Below, one piece after another: positions 50,242 to 61,296 of a DNA stretch of 64,000 nt. A program made the position numbers and the translations under genes. The notes under the pieces are model-generated. The model was given only the letters and a program-made list of their open reading frames with translations, had not been told where the DNA came from and did not search any database. How positions within the stretch are numbered: the stretch's first letter is position 1; each line of letters opens with the position of its first letter. The stretch covers positions 704,001 through 768,000 of the forward strand of contig OZ244742.1 of assembly GCA_965219415.1 (NCBI GenBank). Reading direction: 5' to 3'. The DNA is from Candidatus Marinacidobacterales bacterium. GTDB taxonomy: Bacteria; Acidobacteriota; Vicinamibacteria; Marinacidobacterales; DATDRI01.

Positions 50242-50733
50242 CTACGCGAACGGCTTACTGCGGTCGGTAAGATTGACGACGGAGCCTCGACTCGCGGCAA
50301 CGAGGTCTCGCGGGGCAATCATGATTTCATGCCTCCACTTCCCTGCCCCGACACCCAAGACGGCTTCTTCCATGAGCGAGGCGTCGACGAACGAGCGAAA
50401 CCCTTCTGGTTGCCAGTGGAACGGCGGCACCGAGCCCACCTCGTAACCGGTCACTTCCTTCACCGCTTCTAGGCTGGCAAGCTTGATGTTGCGCGAACCG
50501 ATCGCCTTCTTGAGATATCCAGAGACGGCGTTTCGATCGCCGCCCACCATCACCAGAACGCGTTCACCCTTGTCGCTCTCGAAAACCAACGTCTTCACCA
50601 TCTGGCCTGGCTTATAGCCGAGGGCATCGGCTACCTGCGCCGCGCCCTTCTCGGTCGAGGAGGGGAACTCGAGTCTTTGATAAGGAATTTTGTTTTCGTC
50701 GAGGTACTCGTGGGCCGGAAGTTTGTCTTGCAC
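50242..50733 (-). CDS. ybaK: YbaK/EbsC aminoacyl-tRNA deacylase
   Basis: VKTLV, TGYEVGSVPPF, GAG. Confidence 0.8.
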   Translation of the reverse strand: MQDKLPAHEYLDENKIPYQRLEFPSSTEKGAAQVADALGYKPGQMVKTLVFESDKGERVLVMVGGDRNAVSGYLKKAIGSRNIKLASLEAVKEVTGYEVGSVPPFHWQPEGFRSFVDASLMEEAVLGVGAGKWRHEIMIAPRDLVAASRGSVVNLTDRSKPFA

Positions 50734-50743
50734 CGATACGCTG

Positions 50744-51472
50744 CTAACGGCCCGTCAGGGCCGCCTGCCACACCGCATGGCCCACGAAGAACGGGCCCAT
50801 CGACTGAATGTACTTCGAGGTCTGTCGCGTCTTCCTCATTCTCTGAACGAGGTGGGATATCGGGAACAGAGCCTTACCCACGAGACCGATCAAGAACTCG
50901 TTATCGTTGGTATCGATTCCGTGGCAGGCTAACCGAATATCGTGGGCCAAGTCTTCCTCAGCGTAGCTTCGACCGATCATTCCGTGCTCTCTAAGAATGC
51001 CTTTTTGTTCCTCGGCGGGCAGCGTGGAGAATTCCCCTGTGCGGCGAAGGGGATACCAGACCGCCCAGGGCCAATCGGGATTGAGAGCGGTCCTCCGAGG
51101 CTTGGAGACGAGCCAATTCTCTAGGTCGGGCTCGTAGCCCGAAGAGTAGGAGCGGCCGAACATCGTGAACTCTTGCTTCATGGGAAGCGCTTCGAAAGGC
51201 GTTGAATTGAATAGCTCGGCGGCGGTGGCGGCGAAAAACTCCGGGTCTTCGTTCATGGTCAGTATCCCGACCCCACGTGGGTCGTTGACGTCTTGGTAGA
51301 CCACTCCGTCGATGGATCGACGCTCGAGCTCCTGAACGAGCGGCTTCTTGTCGGCGCATCCGCCGAATACCTGAAGCTGCATGAAGAGCCGGCGATCGGA
51401 AGAAGTCTTGGCACCCTCCCGATCCATGCCGTGCTCTTGGATATCTACTGGTGCCTTAGTCTTTTCCGTCAT
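50744..51472 (-). CDS. chlorite dismutase / coproheme decarboxylase (HemQ-like) family
   Basis: WYPLRR, ILREHGMIG, DIRLACHG.D, MRKT. Confidence 0.8.
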   Translation of the reverse strand: MTEKTKAPVDIQEHGMDREGAKTSSDRRLFMQLQVFGGCADKKPLVQELERRSIDGVVYQDVNDPRGVGILTMNEDPEFFAATAAELFNSTPFEALPMKQEFTMFGRSYSSGYEPDLENWLVSKPRRTALNPDWPWAVWYPLRRTGEFSTLPAEEQKGILREHGMIGRSYAEEDLAHDIRLACHGIDTNDNEFLIGLVGKALFPISHLVQRMRKTRQTSKYIQSMGPFFVGHAVWQAALTGR

Positions 51473-51506
51473 ACGTATTGATCCTCTACTCTAAGTCTCC
51501 CCCGGC

Positions 51507-52016
51507 CTAGACGATATCGAGGCCCGTATACTGCCGGATGAGTTGGATCGAGTCCTCGCCAAGCTCTTCGTTGAGCGCTTCGATAATGCTTTGTGAAAGC
51601 TTGAACGGGTCCTCCTCACCATCCCAGTGATCAAGGATCACCTGGTGGTCTTCCATTTTCTCTTTCAGCTTCAAAACGGCTTGGGAGCACACGTAGATGT
51701 CGTCCACGTATCCTTCCGCCCCCACCGCCTCATCGTCTCCAAAGTCGAAAGGGGAGATGAAATATGCCAATGCCGAGTTGACGACGGATCTCAGTTCGGC
51801 GGGAAATCGTGAATCATCCAGCACGCCGGTCAATAGGGCGAAGTAGGTTGGAACGGTGACGATGATTTCCTGATATTCCCCTTGATAGTCCCCCACCTGT
51901 TCCTTGAGGAACTCCAAGTAGTCTCCCATTGCCTGCGCCATCGCTATTCCTCTCGGTCCGGGCCCCTTACCAGACAGTCTATCTCGAAGATATCCTTTCG
52001 GCCCCCGCTTCGGCAC
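51507..52016 (-). CDS. DUF1232 (YkvA-like) protein
   Basis: ALAYFISPFD...GYVDD. Confidence 0.75.
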   Translation of the reverse strand: MPKRGPKGYLRDRLSGKGPGPRGIAMAQAMGDYLEFLKEQVGDYQGEYQEIIVTVPTYFALLTGVLDDSRFPAELRSVVNSALAYFISPFDFGDDEAVGAEGYVDDIYVCSQAVLKLKEKMEDHQVILDHWDGEEDPFKLSQSIIEALNEELGEDSIQLIRQYTGLDIV

Positions 52017-52065
52017 GTTGACGGGTCGGACACCGAGCTATATATTAGCGCTCCCCTGACACAAA

Positions 52066-52320
52066 GGATACGTCATTGCGGCTCTTGGCGTGGGTGGTTT
52101 GGCGGTCGCCCTCGGGCTTCAGGACACCCTCGCCAACCTCTTCGCCGGCGTTTTCGTTTTATTGTCCAAGCCAGTGCGGGTCGGCGACTCCGTCAAGCTC
52201 GAATCAGGACAGGAGGGGTATGTGGAGGACGTGGGCTGGCGAAGCACCAGAATTCGGCAGATCCCGAACAACTTGGACGTTCCCGAGGAAACCCTGCGGC
52301 GGATCAAGGGCCCTTCCTAG
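52066..52320 (+). pseudogene. mechanosensitive channel MscS fragment
   Basis: GVGGLAVALGLQDTLANLFAG...VGD...GYVEDVGWRSTRIR; both ends missing. Confidence 0.75.
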
Positions 52321-53070
52321 TCGGTTCCCCCCATGGGTTTGCTTTTTGCTGACCCGCGTATCGGGATATGCAACTCTGCTTTGTGTGAGTCCGGCATCTA
52401 TAAATGCCGCGAGCATATTGATAGTAACGGCAAACGGGTCAAGAACTGGCACCGACAGCTTCATGGCCGCCAGCATCCCTTGTAGATCATCGGCAAGAAA
52501 AGCATAACCCGTACAGCAAATGACCAACGAGTCGGCACCTGCTTCGACAACCGCTTTTCTGCCTGCCTCAGCCAGCAATGCCGCCGTTCGCGCCGGATCG
52601 GTACCTATTTCCATGACCGGGATACCAACCACCTGACACGACGCGAGACGGGAACTTAGCCCCTCCTTATGTACTTGTTCCCGGAAATACCGCGCAGAAA
52701 ACTCACTGGTGACCAGGAGACTGAATCGACGTCCCAGCAAGGCCGCAACGTGCATCGATGTATGGCCGGGGCCGAGTACCGGGATGGACACACTCTCGCG
52801 CATCTCTCCTACACCAGGATCCGCCATGCAATTGACCATGATCCCGTCCACACCTTCCTTTTCAGCTTTGACCGCATTCTTGATCAGTTCCGGTACTGCC
52901 AGGCTGAGTGCCGTCAGTGATTCCGTTGTTCCCAGCTCCGGTCCGCTGTCAGGGGAAGCTACGCTGAAGGTCAGGCCTTCGTGGCCATAGCGCTGGCTTG
53001 TCTGCTCTAACAGAATCTCTGACCGATCCTCTACCCCAACAAACGCTCCAATGATTCTGATGTGTTTCAT
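52204..53070 (-). CDS. Asp/Glu/hydantoin racemase family protein
   Basis: NCMADPG, PVLGPG, ICCTG, VPVLDP; the tail overlapping the mscS fragment is doubtful. Confidence 0.82.
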   Translation of the reverse strand: MKHIRIIGAFVGVEDRSEILLEQTSQRYGHEGLTFSVASPDSGPELGTTESLTALSLAVPELIKNAVKAEKEGVDGIMVNCMADPGVGEMRESVSIPVLGPGHTSMHVAALLGRRFSLLVTSEFSARYFREQVHKEGLSSRLASCQVVGIPVMEIGTDPARTAALLAEAGRKAVVEAGADSLVICCTGYAFLADDLQGMLAAMKLSVPVLDPFAVTINMLAAFIDAGLTQSRVAYPDTRVSKKQTHGGNRLGRALDPPQGFLGNVQVVRDLPNSGASPAHVLHIPLLS

Positions 53071-53114
53071 TCAACTCCTCCTAGGTGCCATGTTGCAGCA
53101 GACCAAGGTACTTC

Positions 53115-56100
53115 CTAGTCGGTGGCCCCCATGGCTTGCTCGAGCCGATGGAGTTGCCGTTGAAGCTCGTCGTTGAGTTTCTCCCAGCGATCGCTAGCAT
53201 CGCGTCCTGGTCGCTGATCGGCCTGCCGCAGATTCCCGTACAGGTAGGCGAGTTGGTCGACGAGCATCGGTCGTGAATAGCGGATGGACGCGGTGACCAG
53301 CTCGTCCTTTATAGAGGCGAGGGTCCCTTTCTCGTCCTCGGGCGCTTCCTCGATCGCCTTTTCTAGTTTGGCTGCGGCGAGCCGGGCGTCGCTGAGCGCG
53401 TCGCGCACTTTGAGAGCCATCTCGGCCTGAGCGGTCACATCCCCCTCGCTGACCTGCCCCTCTCGCACCACACGTGGGTCCATCTTCACTTCGAAGGAGG
53501 CGGTCCGGCTCCAATCCCCCGCTGTCAGGCGGGCGCGATAGGTGCCCGGCGCAACTAGCGGGCCGTTCCGGCCGGAACGTTCCGCGTCTTCATTCCACGG
53601 GCCGGCATAACGCAAGTCCCACAGGAAACGATGCATGCCCGCATCCTTGGTGAGCTTGGGCGTTCCGACGATCTCTAGACTCCATTCTCGCATGCTCGCT
53701 TCTTCCGGAAGAACGTTCTTCTCGCCGAGAGTATCACTCGAAAACGCTCGGAGCACTTCTTCGTCTGCATCCAGAATTTCGAGCTTCAATTCTCCGGAGG
53801 GCTCGCGCTCCAAGTAGTAATCGATGTTCGCGCCCGGGCTCGGGTAGTGCGGCTCATGAGAGGCCCTGTCACCGCGAGATCTGCGCGAGCCGTACAACCG
53901 ATAAGGGGGCTTGACTTGGAAGAGATGGTTTGCCCTCGCGGTCTCGACGTTGACTTCGTGACACGGTGTCAGGTCGTACAAGATCCAAAAACCCCTACCC
54001 ATCGTCGACAAAACCAGGTCTTGGTCGACGACCTTGATATCGGTCACCGGGGTCACCGGAAGGTTGAGCTGCAAGGGTTGCCACTCCGCTCCATCGTCGA
54101 AAGAGATGAACATGCCGAACTCCGTTCCCGCATAGAGCAACCCTTGCCGATCCGGATCCTCTCTGACCACTCGAACGGGGTAATCATCCGGAATGCCATT
54201 GTCTCCAGGCGTGATCCGCGTCCAGCTCTTCCCATAATCCTTGGTCTTGAACACATAGGGTTCAAAATCTCCCAGTTGGTAACGCAAGATCGCGGCATAA
54301 GCCTTTGCCGGATCGTGGGGAGATACCTCTACATTCTGTACGCGCCCAAAGGGCCCGAGCCCGCGGGGAGTCACATTCTCCCAATTCTTCCCGTTGTCCC
54401 TCGTGATCTGGATCGGTCCGTCGTTGGCCCCAACCCAGATGACGCCGGGCTCGTGCGGCGATTCCTGAATTTCGTAGATGACGCTGAAGTGCTCTTCGCC
54501 GGTCACGTCACGTGTGATCGGACTGCCCGACACGACCTGCGTCTCGGGATCGAAAGCGGTGAGATCGGGGGAGATGATCTCCCACGTTTGTCCGCCATCC
54601 TCGGTCACGTGGACGAACTGCGAGGTGTGATAGACACGGTTCGCGTCGTGGGGCGAGACATGAATCGGCGCCACCCGCTGGAAACGAAAGGCGAGATCCT
54701 TGGGATTGTGCCCATAGAGGTTCCAAAAGCCGACGTAGTTATGTTGTTCTTGGCCGGTCCGGCGATTGAAAACCCCGAAGCGTCCCTTGCAGTTCGCGTA
54801 GACGATATCGGGATCTCCCGGTTTCGGCACCACCGGGCCGGTCTCACAACCGCCGTGAGCTTCCCACAAAGACGTGTGCCCTCCGGGCATGTAACGGGGC
54901 GGGAGACTCGGCAGTGAAATGGTGCTGTTGTCCTGCTGCCCCGCATAGAGGCGATAAGGAAACTCGTCGCTGATGTCGACTTGGTAGAGCTCCGCAGTCG
55001 GTTGGTTCAACTGGGTCGACCAAGTCTCGCCGCCATCGAGCGTGATGTTTGCACCGCCATCATTCGACTGGATAAAGATGTGTGGGAGGTCGGGATTGAT
55101 CCACATATCGTGATTGTCGCCGTGGGGCACCGGCCTCTTCGTCCACGACTTGCCAGCATCCTCGGATTTCCAATGCCCTTCCGCCATCCCCCAGAGGATG
55201 TCCGGCTTTTTTGGGTGTGCTTCGAGGTTGCAGTAATAGAACGGTCGATTGCGGATGGATTGGAAGTCCGTCACTTGCTCCCAAGTCGCTCCGCGATCGT
55301 CCGACCGGTAGACCCCTCCTTCTTCGCCGGGAGCCTCGATGAGCACGTAGACGCGATCGGGGTCGCCGGCAGACACCGCGAGGTCGGCTTTACCCCGGAG
55401 ACCCTGCGGTAGTCCGTTCGTCAGCTCGGACCACGTGTCGCCACCATCCGAGGACTTGTAGACACCGCCCTCCTCCCCACCGCTAATGATCGTCCACGGT
55501 TTCCGCTCCGCTTGCCAGAGCGTGGCGTAGATCTCGCGAGGGTTGTCCGGAGCGAACTCCAGGTCAACCGCTCCCGTCTTCTCCGATACGAAGAGCACGT
55601 TCTCCCACGTCGACCCGCCGTCCTTGGTGCGATAGACACCGCGCTCGGGATTCGAGGCGAAGGGGTTTCCGATCGCCGCCAGGTAGACGAGATCAGGATT
55701 CTCGGGGTGAATCAAAACGGCTCCGCTATTGCCGGTCTCTTCGAGACCGACGTGCTCCCATGTCTCGCCGCCATCCGACGACTTGTAAACGCCCTTGCCG
55801 ATAATGACGTTGCTTCTAAGGCCGTCCGATCCGGTTGCAACGTAAACGATGTTCGGATCCGAGTCCGCGACGCGAATGGCTCCGATCGATCCGGTAGCGA
55901 AGTAGCCGTCGGAAACAGGCAACCAATTCTGCCCATAGTCGGTGGTCTTGAAGACGCCGCCGCCCGTCGCTCCCAAATAGAACGTCGACGGCCGGTCCTT
56001 GTGGCCAGCGACGGCCGTAACGCGACCTCCGCGCGAGGGGCCGATCATTCGATAGCCGAGTCCAGAGAAGAGCTCGGGGGGATAGGTCTCGGCAGCGACA

Positions 56101-56156
56101 TGCCAGGGCGCCGCCAACGACAGCATTCCGACAAGGATCGCAGTGTTCGGACGCAT
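53115..56156 (-). CDS. VPS10/BNR-repeat glycosyl hydrolase-like exported protein
   Basis: IGPSRGGRV, repeated S.DGG.TW Asp-boxes, HGDNHDMWINP, GQQDN, TMGRGFW. Confidence 0.9.
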   Translation of the reverse strand: MRPNTAILVGMLSLAAPWHVAAETYPPELFSGLGYRMIGPSRGGRVTAVAGHKDRPSTFYLGATGGGVFKTTDYGQNWLPVSDGYFATGSIGAIRVADSDPNIVYVATGSDGLRSNVIIGKGVYKSSDGGETWEHVGLEETGNSGAVLIHPENPDLVYLAAIGNPFASNPERGVYRTKDGGSTWENVLFVSEKTGAVDLEFAPDNPREIYATLWQAERKPWTIISGGEEGGVYKSSDGGDTWSELTNGLPQGLRGKADLAVSAGDPDRVYVLIEAPGEEGGVYRSDDRGATWEQVTDFQSIRNRPFYYCNLEAHPKKPDILWGMAEGHWKSEDAGKSWTKRPVPHGDNHDMWINPDLPHIFIQSNDGGANITLDGGETWSTQLNQPTAELYQVDISDEFPYRLYAGQQDNSTISLPSLPPRYMPGGHTSLWEAHGGCETGPVVPKPGDPDIVYANCKGRFGVFNRRTGQEQHNYVGFWNLYGHNPKDLAFRFQRVAPIHVSPHDANRVYHTSQFVHVTEDGGQTWEIISPDLTAFDPETQVVSGSPITRDVTGEEHFSVIYEIQESPHEPGVIWVGANDGPIQITRDNGKNWENVTPRGLGPFGRVQNVEVSPHDPAKAYAAILRYQLGDFEPYVFKTKDYGKSWTRITPGDNGIPDDYPVRVVREDPDRQGLLYAGTEFGMFISFDDGAEWQPLQLNLPVTPVTDIKVVDQDLVLSTMGRGFWILYDLTPCHEVNVETARANHLFQVKPPYRLYGSRRSRGDRASHEPHYPSPGANIDYYLEREPSGELKLEILDADEEVLRAFSSDTLGEKNVLPEEASMREWSLEIVGTPKLTKDAGMHRFLWDLRYAGPWNEDAERSGRNGPLVAPGTYRARLTAGDWSRTASFEVKMDPRVVREGQVSEGDVTAQAEMALKVRDALSDARLAAAKLEKAIEEAPEDEKGTLASIKDELVTASIRYSRPMLVDQLAYLYGNLRQADQRPGRDASDRWEKLNDELQRQLHRLEQAMGATD

Positions 56157-56157
56157 C

Positions 56158-58835
56158 TTAATCTGTCTCCGGTTTCGACCCGGTCACGACACGCGGCAGC
56201 TCACGATCAATGAGTGTCTTGTTGAACGCTGCCAGCTCATTGTTCACGAGGCTCTCTAACTCCTCTTGGTACTGATGGAGCCGTTCCCTCAAGACCTCGT
56301 GAACTTGGCGGTGTTGATCGGTCGGTGGATAGTCGGCGACGGCGACGGTGCTGGCCAAGTAGGCGATCTTCCCCACCAGCATCGAGGGCCAACGGACGCG
56401 GTCCTGGCCGGTCCCGGTGACTTTCATCTGCGTGAGCTTCTCCTCCAAAGCGATGAAGGTTCCGTCGAGCTCTTTGGCACCGGACTCCAATGCTTCCGCG
56501 TCACCGAGCTCCTTGACAACCGCCTGTAGGTCGTAGAGTTGACGCCGGATCCACTCGATACGATTGATCGCCGCCGCCGCCTGGTTCGCGTCTTCTCGCA
56601 GGCCGACCAGCATTTCGGTTTGTGCCCGGATGTCAGCCTCGGTTCCTTCCGAGTGGGATCCTTCCGGATCTCGAGTTTCTCCGAGTACTCCATGCCCTCG
56701 ACTTCTAGGCTGACCGTGTATTCTCCGGGCGGAACCAAGACGGCGATGCGATCGACACCGGACTTACGCCAACGCTCGGCGCCGAGATCGACCCAATCAG
56801 CGTGAAGAGGCTTCGTTCGCAGTTTAATCTCAGTCGATTCCTCGCCCTTGAGATCCCACCAAATTCGATTAATGCCGGCCTTCTTCGTGCCCTCGAGCTC
56901 GCGGATCGTCTCTCCCGCCGCGTCCTTGATCTTCACCTTGACCTCGGCCTCTTCATCCTCGGCCTCTTCATCCTCGGCCTCTTCATCCTCGACCTCTTTC
57001 GCCATCCAGTAACTGATGGAGGCTCCGTAAGGCGGATCGTCGCCAGCCGATGCGTCGGTCAGCGTGTACATGAGCGGCGTGATAGGCCGGAAGCGGTAGG
57101 CCGGCCGGGGCTCGAAGAGGTGAGCGTCGGAAGCCGTTACCTCGTCCGTGAGCTGCTGGAGCGGCGTGATGTCGTCGAGAATCCAGAAGCCGCGACCGTA
57201 GGTTCCGACAACCAAGTCGTTTGAAATGCTCTTGCACCACGAGCCAGTAGATCGGTGACGCGGGTAGGTTGTTCTTGAGTGGTTGCCAACCGCCGCCATC
57301 GTCGAAAGATACGTAGAGGGCGTTCTCGGTCCCCAAGTACAAGAGGCCTGGACGCACCGGATCCTCACGAACATTGCGAGCGTAACTCAGTGGGTTATCC
57401 GCAATGCCGTCCGTGATCTTGGTCCAGCTCTGCCCGAAATCTTCCGTCTTGTAAACGTAGGGTGCGAAGTTGCCGACCTGGTGGAAATCGACAGTCAAAT
57501 ACACCTTGCCTGCATCCCATTTGGAGGCATCGATATTGCGTACCGTGCCGAGCGGAGGGAGGTCCGGTATGTTCGAGGTCACGTTGGTCCAGTTCGCTCC
57601 CCCGTCTTGGCTCACGTGCACCAAACCGTCGTTCGAGCCCGCCCAGAGCACTCCCTGTCGCACCGGCGACTCGTCGAAGGCGTAGATGACGCAACAGTAC
57701 TCGACACGTGATGGTCCCAACCGGGAGACTCGAAACCGCCTTTACCGATACGCTCGGCCTTTTCGGCTGTCTTGCCGCCATCCTTGGTGCGACTGAACGA
57801 TGCCGAAAGAAAGTAGACTTCGTCCGCATCGTTCGTCGACACCGCGCAGCGTGAGTAGTAAGCACTCCGACCAGCGAGGTCCCGATTGTGTGTCACGAGC
57901 TCCCACTTGTCCCCACCGTCGTCCGAGCGCCAGAGCTCGCCGCTCTCCGTCTCCTCGCCATGCCATGGAACGCCGTCGCCGGTCTCGATGAGGGCGTAGA
58001 TCCGGTCGGAGCTTTCGGGACTCATGCAAACAGCGATCTTGCCCACCGGCTTCTTGGGCAAGCCCTCGCCCTCGAGAGGGGTCCAGTTGTCCCCACCCTC
58101 CCGTGACATGAAGAGTCCGCTCCCCGGGCCGCCACTCTCGCAGCCCCAGGTCTTGATCTCGACTTGCCACATCCCCGCGATCAAGATCCGCGGATTGTTG
58201 GGATCCATCACCAAATCGGAGGCACCCGTCTTTTCGTCTACGAAGAGGACCTTCTCCCAGTTCTTGCCTCCATCGGTCGTCCGGTAAATCCCTCGTTCCG
58301 GCTGAGTACTGTAACCGTGCCCGAGCGCCGCGACGTACACGATGTCCGGATCGGTAGGATGGATGATCACGCGCCCAATGCGCCCCGTACCCTCGAGTCC
58401 CATGTGCTGCCAATTGGAGCCCGCGTCGGTGGACCTCCAGACTCCGTTTCCGATGGACACGTTCGAACGGATGAATGTTTCGCCGGTGCCCGCCCAAACG
58501 ATGTTCGGATCGGAGGGAGCCACCGCAAGGGACCCGATCGAATGGACCGGCTGATCGTCGAACACTGGCTCCCAATTGATCCCGCCGTCAGTCGTCTTCC
58601 AGATCCCTCCAGAGGCCGCACCCACGAAGTAAATCATTCTGTCGCCGGGCACACCGGCAACCGAGCTCACTCGATTACCTACCGGTCCGATATGCCGGTA
58701 GCGCAGCGATTCGTACTGTTCGGGAGCCAACTGCTCGGCCGCGGCTGCTCCCCCGATGAAAAAGATGAATGCCCAAAAGATGAAGAGAGTCGCGAAATAG
58801 GTTGCCAGTAAGGAGGCTCGGCTCGAGCTCGACAT
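56158..58835 (-). pseudogene. second VPS10/BNR protein, with frameshifts and an internal deletion
   Basis: Pieces 57612-58835, 56983-57720, 56424-57374, 56158-56613; jumps from WDHH directly to VEYCCVIY near 57706. Confidence 0.82.
56942..56990. repeat. 15-bp tandem repeat x3 (encodes EDEEA)
   Basis: CCTCGGCCTCTTCAT three times plus a partial copy. Confidence 0.9.
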
Positions 58836-58979
58836 GATTACGCCTCCGTTTGCGGGTTCGACACGAGTATCATGATTGACTTGGGGAGGGCAGTTTATGC
58901 GGCCCCACCTCTCTTGGCCAGCGTCATCCCGGATGCCCCCACAGGTTCCCGTGATAGTCTCCGCTCCGAGGTCGACGCA

Positions 58980-61280
58980 ATGAGAAAACCCTATTTCCAT
59001 ATTCTGTTTTTCGCGAGCCTTACGGCGCTCGTCGCTATGAGGACCAACCCCGAGTCGGCGGAGGAGCTCGAACGCAACCGCGAGCTCTACGGCTACGCCA
59101 CCGTGGATCCGGACGAGGAGATCGTCGCCGGCACTTGGGGAACATGGACCGTCACGTATCACGTGGGTCGACTGGGCGTCGACGACGGGGGACGCCTGTT
59201 CGTCCTCACGCAAGCGGCTACGGATTGGGGACCGTTCCAGGTCGACCAACCGGAACAGGTCAATTACATGACGGTTGGCACGACGGGAAACGCCAGCGTC
59301 AACGCTCGCTTCGAGCCGCGTCACGCGAGTCCCCGACCCTTCTGGCGGGGCGCGGTGATCACCGTCACCGATGGATACCTCAAGGAAGGCGACACCATCA
59401 TCGTCACGTTCGGGGATCGCTCCGGCGGCGGTCCGGGCAGCCGCTTTCAGACATTCGATCACCCGACGGATTTTCAGTTCCGCGTCCTCGCCGACGTCTT
59501 CAACGCGGTGCGGCAAGTGCGCGTCTTCGACTCCCCCACCCTTCGTGTCGTGGGTGGCTCGGCTAGCACCCTCGAAGCCATCTGGCCGACCGGGGTGCGG
59601 AAGGGCGAACCGACTTGGCTCCAAGTGCGGGCCAAGGACTCGTGGGGAAACCCTTCTCCTTCCTACCGTGGGACGATTCGTTTCGAGACCGACCAAAGTG
59701 TCTCGGGGCTTCCGGCAAGCTACACGTTCACCGCGACGGATGGAGGTTTCCATCGCTTCGAAGGCTTGGCGGTCGAAGAGAACGGGACGACCCGGGTTCG
59801 CGTCGCGGATGATTCCCGGCTGGCGCTTTCTGCAGAGAGCAACGCCCTCGTCTCATCGACCGGCGAATCACTGCAACCTTATTGGGGCGACCTTCACGGG
59901 CAAAGCGGTGAGACCGGTGGCATCGGTACCATCGTCGACTATTTCTCCTACGCGCGGAACTTCGCCGGCGTTGACTTCGTCTCTTGGGCCGGAAACGACG
60001 TCCACATCACCCCCGGCGATTGGCGGTCCATCCAGAAGGCCACGAAGGACGTCAACGAGCCCGGCCGGTTCGTTTCCTATCTCGGCTACGAATGGTCGGG
60101 AAACACCCCCAACGGCGGTGATCACAACGTCATCTACCTGGACGATGACCGTCCGGTCCATCGAAGCGCCTATGTCGAGGAGGAGGTCCCGCATGACCCT
60201 TCCACCGATCGCAACACCATCGCGGCGTTACTCGAGACCATCGGCTCCGACCGCGTGATGCTGATGCCGCATGTGGGTGGCCGCCGTGCGAATTTCGATT
60301 TCTTCGACCCGGCTCTCATGCCGTTCATTGAGCTCTACTCGAACCATGGGCAGTTCGAGTGGATCGTGGAGGAAGCGATCGAGCGGGGTCTCAAAGTGGG
60401 CTTCGTGGCCAGCAGCGACGATGTGTACTCGAAGCCGGGCGAATCGATTCCCGGCGTCGGCCTGTTTGCGGTGCATGGCGGGCTCACTTGCGCGTACGCG
60501 CGCGGCTTAGATCGTGAATCCCTTTGGGCGGCTTTTTTCGACCGGCGCGTCTATGGCACGACCGGCGAGCGCATCGCTGTACGGTTCAAGGCCGGGGATC
60601 ACTGGATGGGCGAGGAGATGGAGCCTCGAGGGCCGGTGACCTTCTCGGTTCAGGTCGCCGGAACAGACGGAATAGAACGCATCGATTTGTTCCGCGGACT
60701 AGAACGAGCCCACCGATACATGGGGCGAGCCGAGGGTCCGCTCGATCGGATCAAGATCATCTGGCGAGGGGCCCGCAGTAAACATCGTCGCCGGCAAGTT
60801 GTGTGGCAGGGTTCGATCCAACTGAACGAGGGAAGGTTCGAAGACGTTCGGTCGTACCGATTCGATTATCCCAATGAAGAGCTCGAGCACGACGGAGCGC
60901 GATCGCTGAGCTTTCGGACGCTCACCACGGGAGACGAGGACGGCGTCGTGCTAAGCGTCGCCGGTTCCGAGCAGGCAGTGCTGACGTTGGATGCCGAGAC
61001 GTCGTTTCGCAACCAATTCGGTTCCGGGGGGACGACCTCGGAGCCGTTTCGGATATCGATTCCGGTCGGAGACCTGAGCGCCGAGGATTGGATCCACCAA
61101 GTGGGCCCTCTCGATCGAGAGGTCGTCATTCGAAGGGTCGCCGACTCTTATGAGAGAGACGCCAGTTTTACTTGGACCGAGAAGGAAGTGCCGCTCGGGA
61201 CGACCTCCTACTGGATTCGAGTTCTCCAGGAAGACGGGGCGATCGCGTGGTCGAGCCCCATCTTCGTGACGCGGAAGTGA
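58980..61280 (+). CDS. DUF3604 / PHP-like exported metallo-hydrolase
   Basis: Signal peptide, WGDLHGQS, GYEWSGNT..GGDHNV, PHVGGR, YGTTG, AWSSPI. Confidence 0.85.
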   Translation: MRKPYFHILFFASLTALVAMRTNPESAEELERNRELYGYATVDPDEEIVAGTWGTWTVTYHVGRLGVDDGGRLFVLTQAATDWGPFQVDQPEQVNYMTVGTTGNASVNARFEPRHASPRPFWRGAVITVTDGYLKEGDTIIVTFGDRSGGGPGSRFQTFDHPTDFQFRVLADVFNAVRQVRVFDSPTLRVVGGSASTLEAIWPTGVRKGEPTWLQVRAKDSWGNPSPSYRGTIRFETDQSVSGLPASYTFTATDGGFHRFEGLAVEENGTTRVRVADDSRLALSAESNALVSSTGESLQPYWGDLHGQSGETGGIGTIVDYFSYARNFAGVDFVSWAGNDVHITPGDWRSIQKATKDVNEPGRFVSYLGYEWSGNTPNGGDHNVIYLDDDRPVHRSAYVEEEVPHDPSTDRNTIAALLETIGSDRVMLMPHVGGRRANFDFFDPALMPFIELYSNHGQFEWIVEEAIERGLKVGFVASSDDVYSKPGESIPGVGLFAVHGGLTCAYARGLDRESLWAAFFDRRVYGTTGERIAVRFKAGDHWMGEEMEPRGPVTFSVQVAGTDGIERIDLFRGLERAHRYMGRAEGPLDRIKIIWRGARSKHRRRQVVWQGSIQLNEGRFEDVRSYRFDYPNEELEHDGARSLSFRTLTTGDEDGVVLSVAGSEQAVLTLDAETSFRNQFGSGGTTSEPFRISIPVGDLSAEDWIHQVGPLDREVVIRRVADSYERDASFTWTEKEVPLGTTSYWIRVLQEDGAIAWSSPIFVTRK

Positions 61281-61296
61281 GTCTCAGCAGCAGAGC

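Noticed and set aside
56942-56990. 15-bp tandem repeat as a phase-variation switch
   Set aside because: The unit is a multiple of 3 and encodes an acidic linker.
2516-58835. Many single-base frameshifts taken as programmed recoding or true pseudogenes
   Set aside because: Several lie in homopolymers, and the two IS3 copies differ by 1-nt run lengths, which is typical of long-read error. Only the IS3 A8 sites fit programmed frameshifting.
57612-59753. 713-aa ORF as a fusion protein
   Set aside because: Its N-terminal part is antisense to the DUF3604 gene; the real start is the ATG at 58835 with an RBS.
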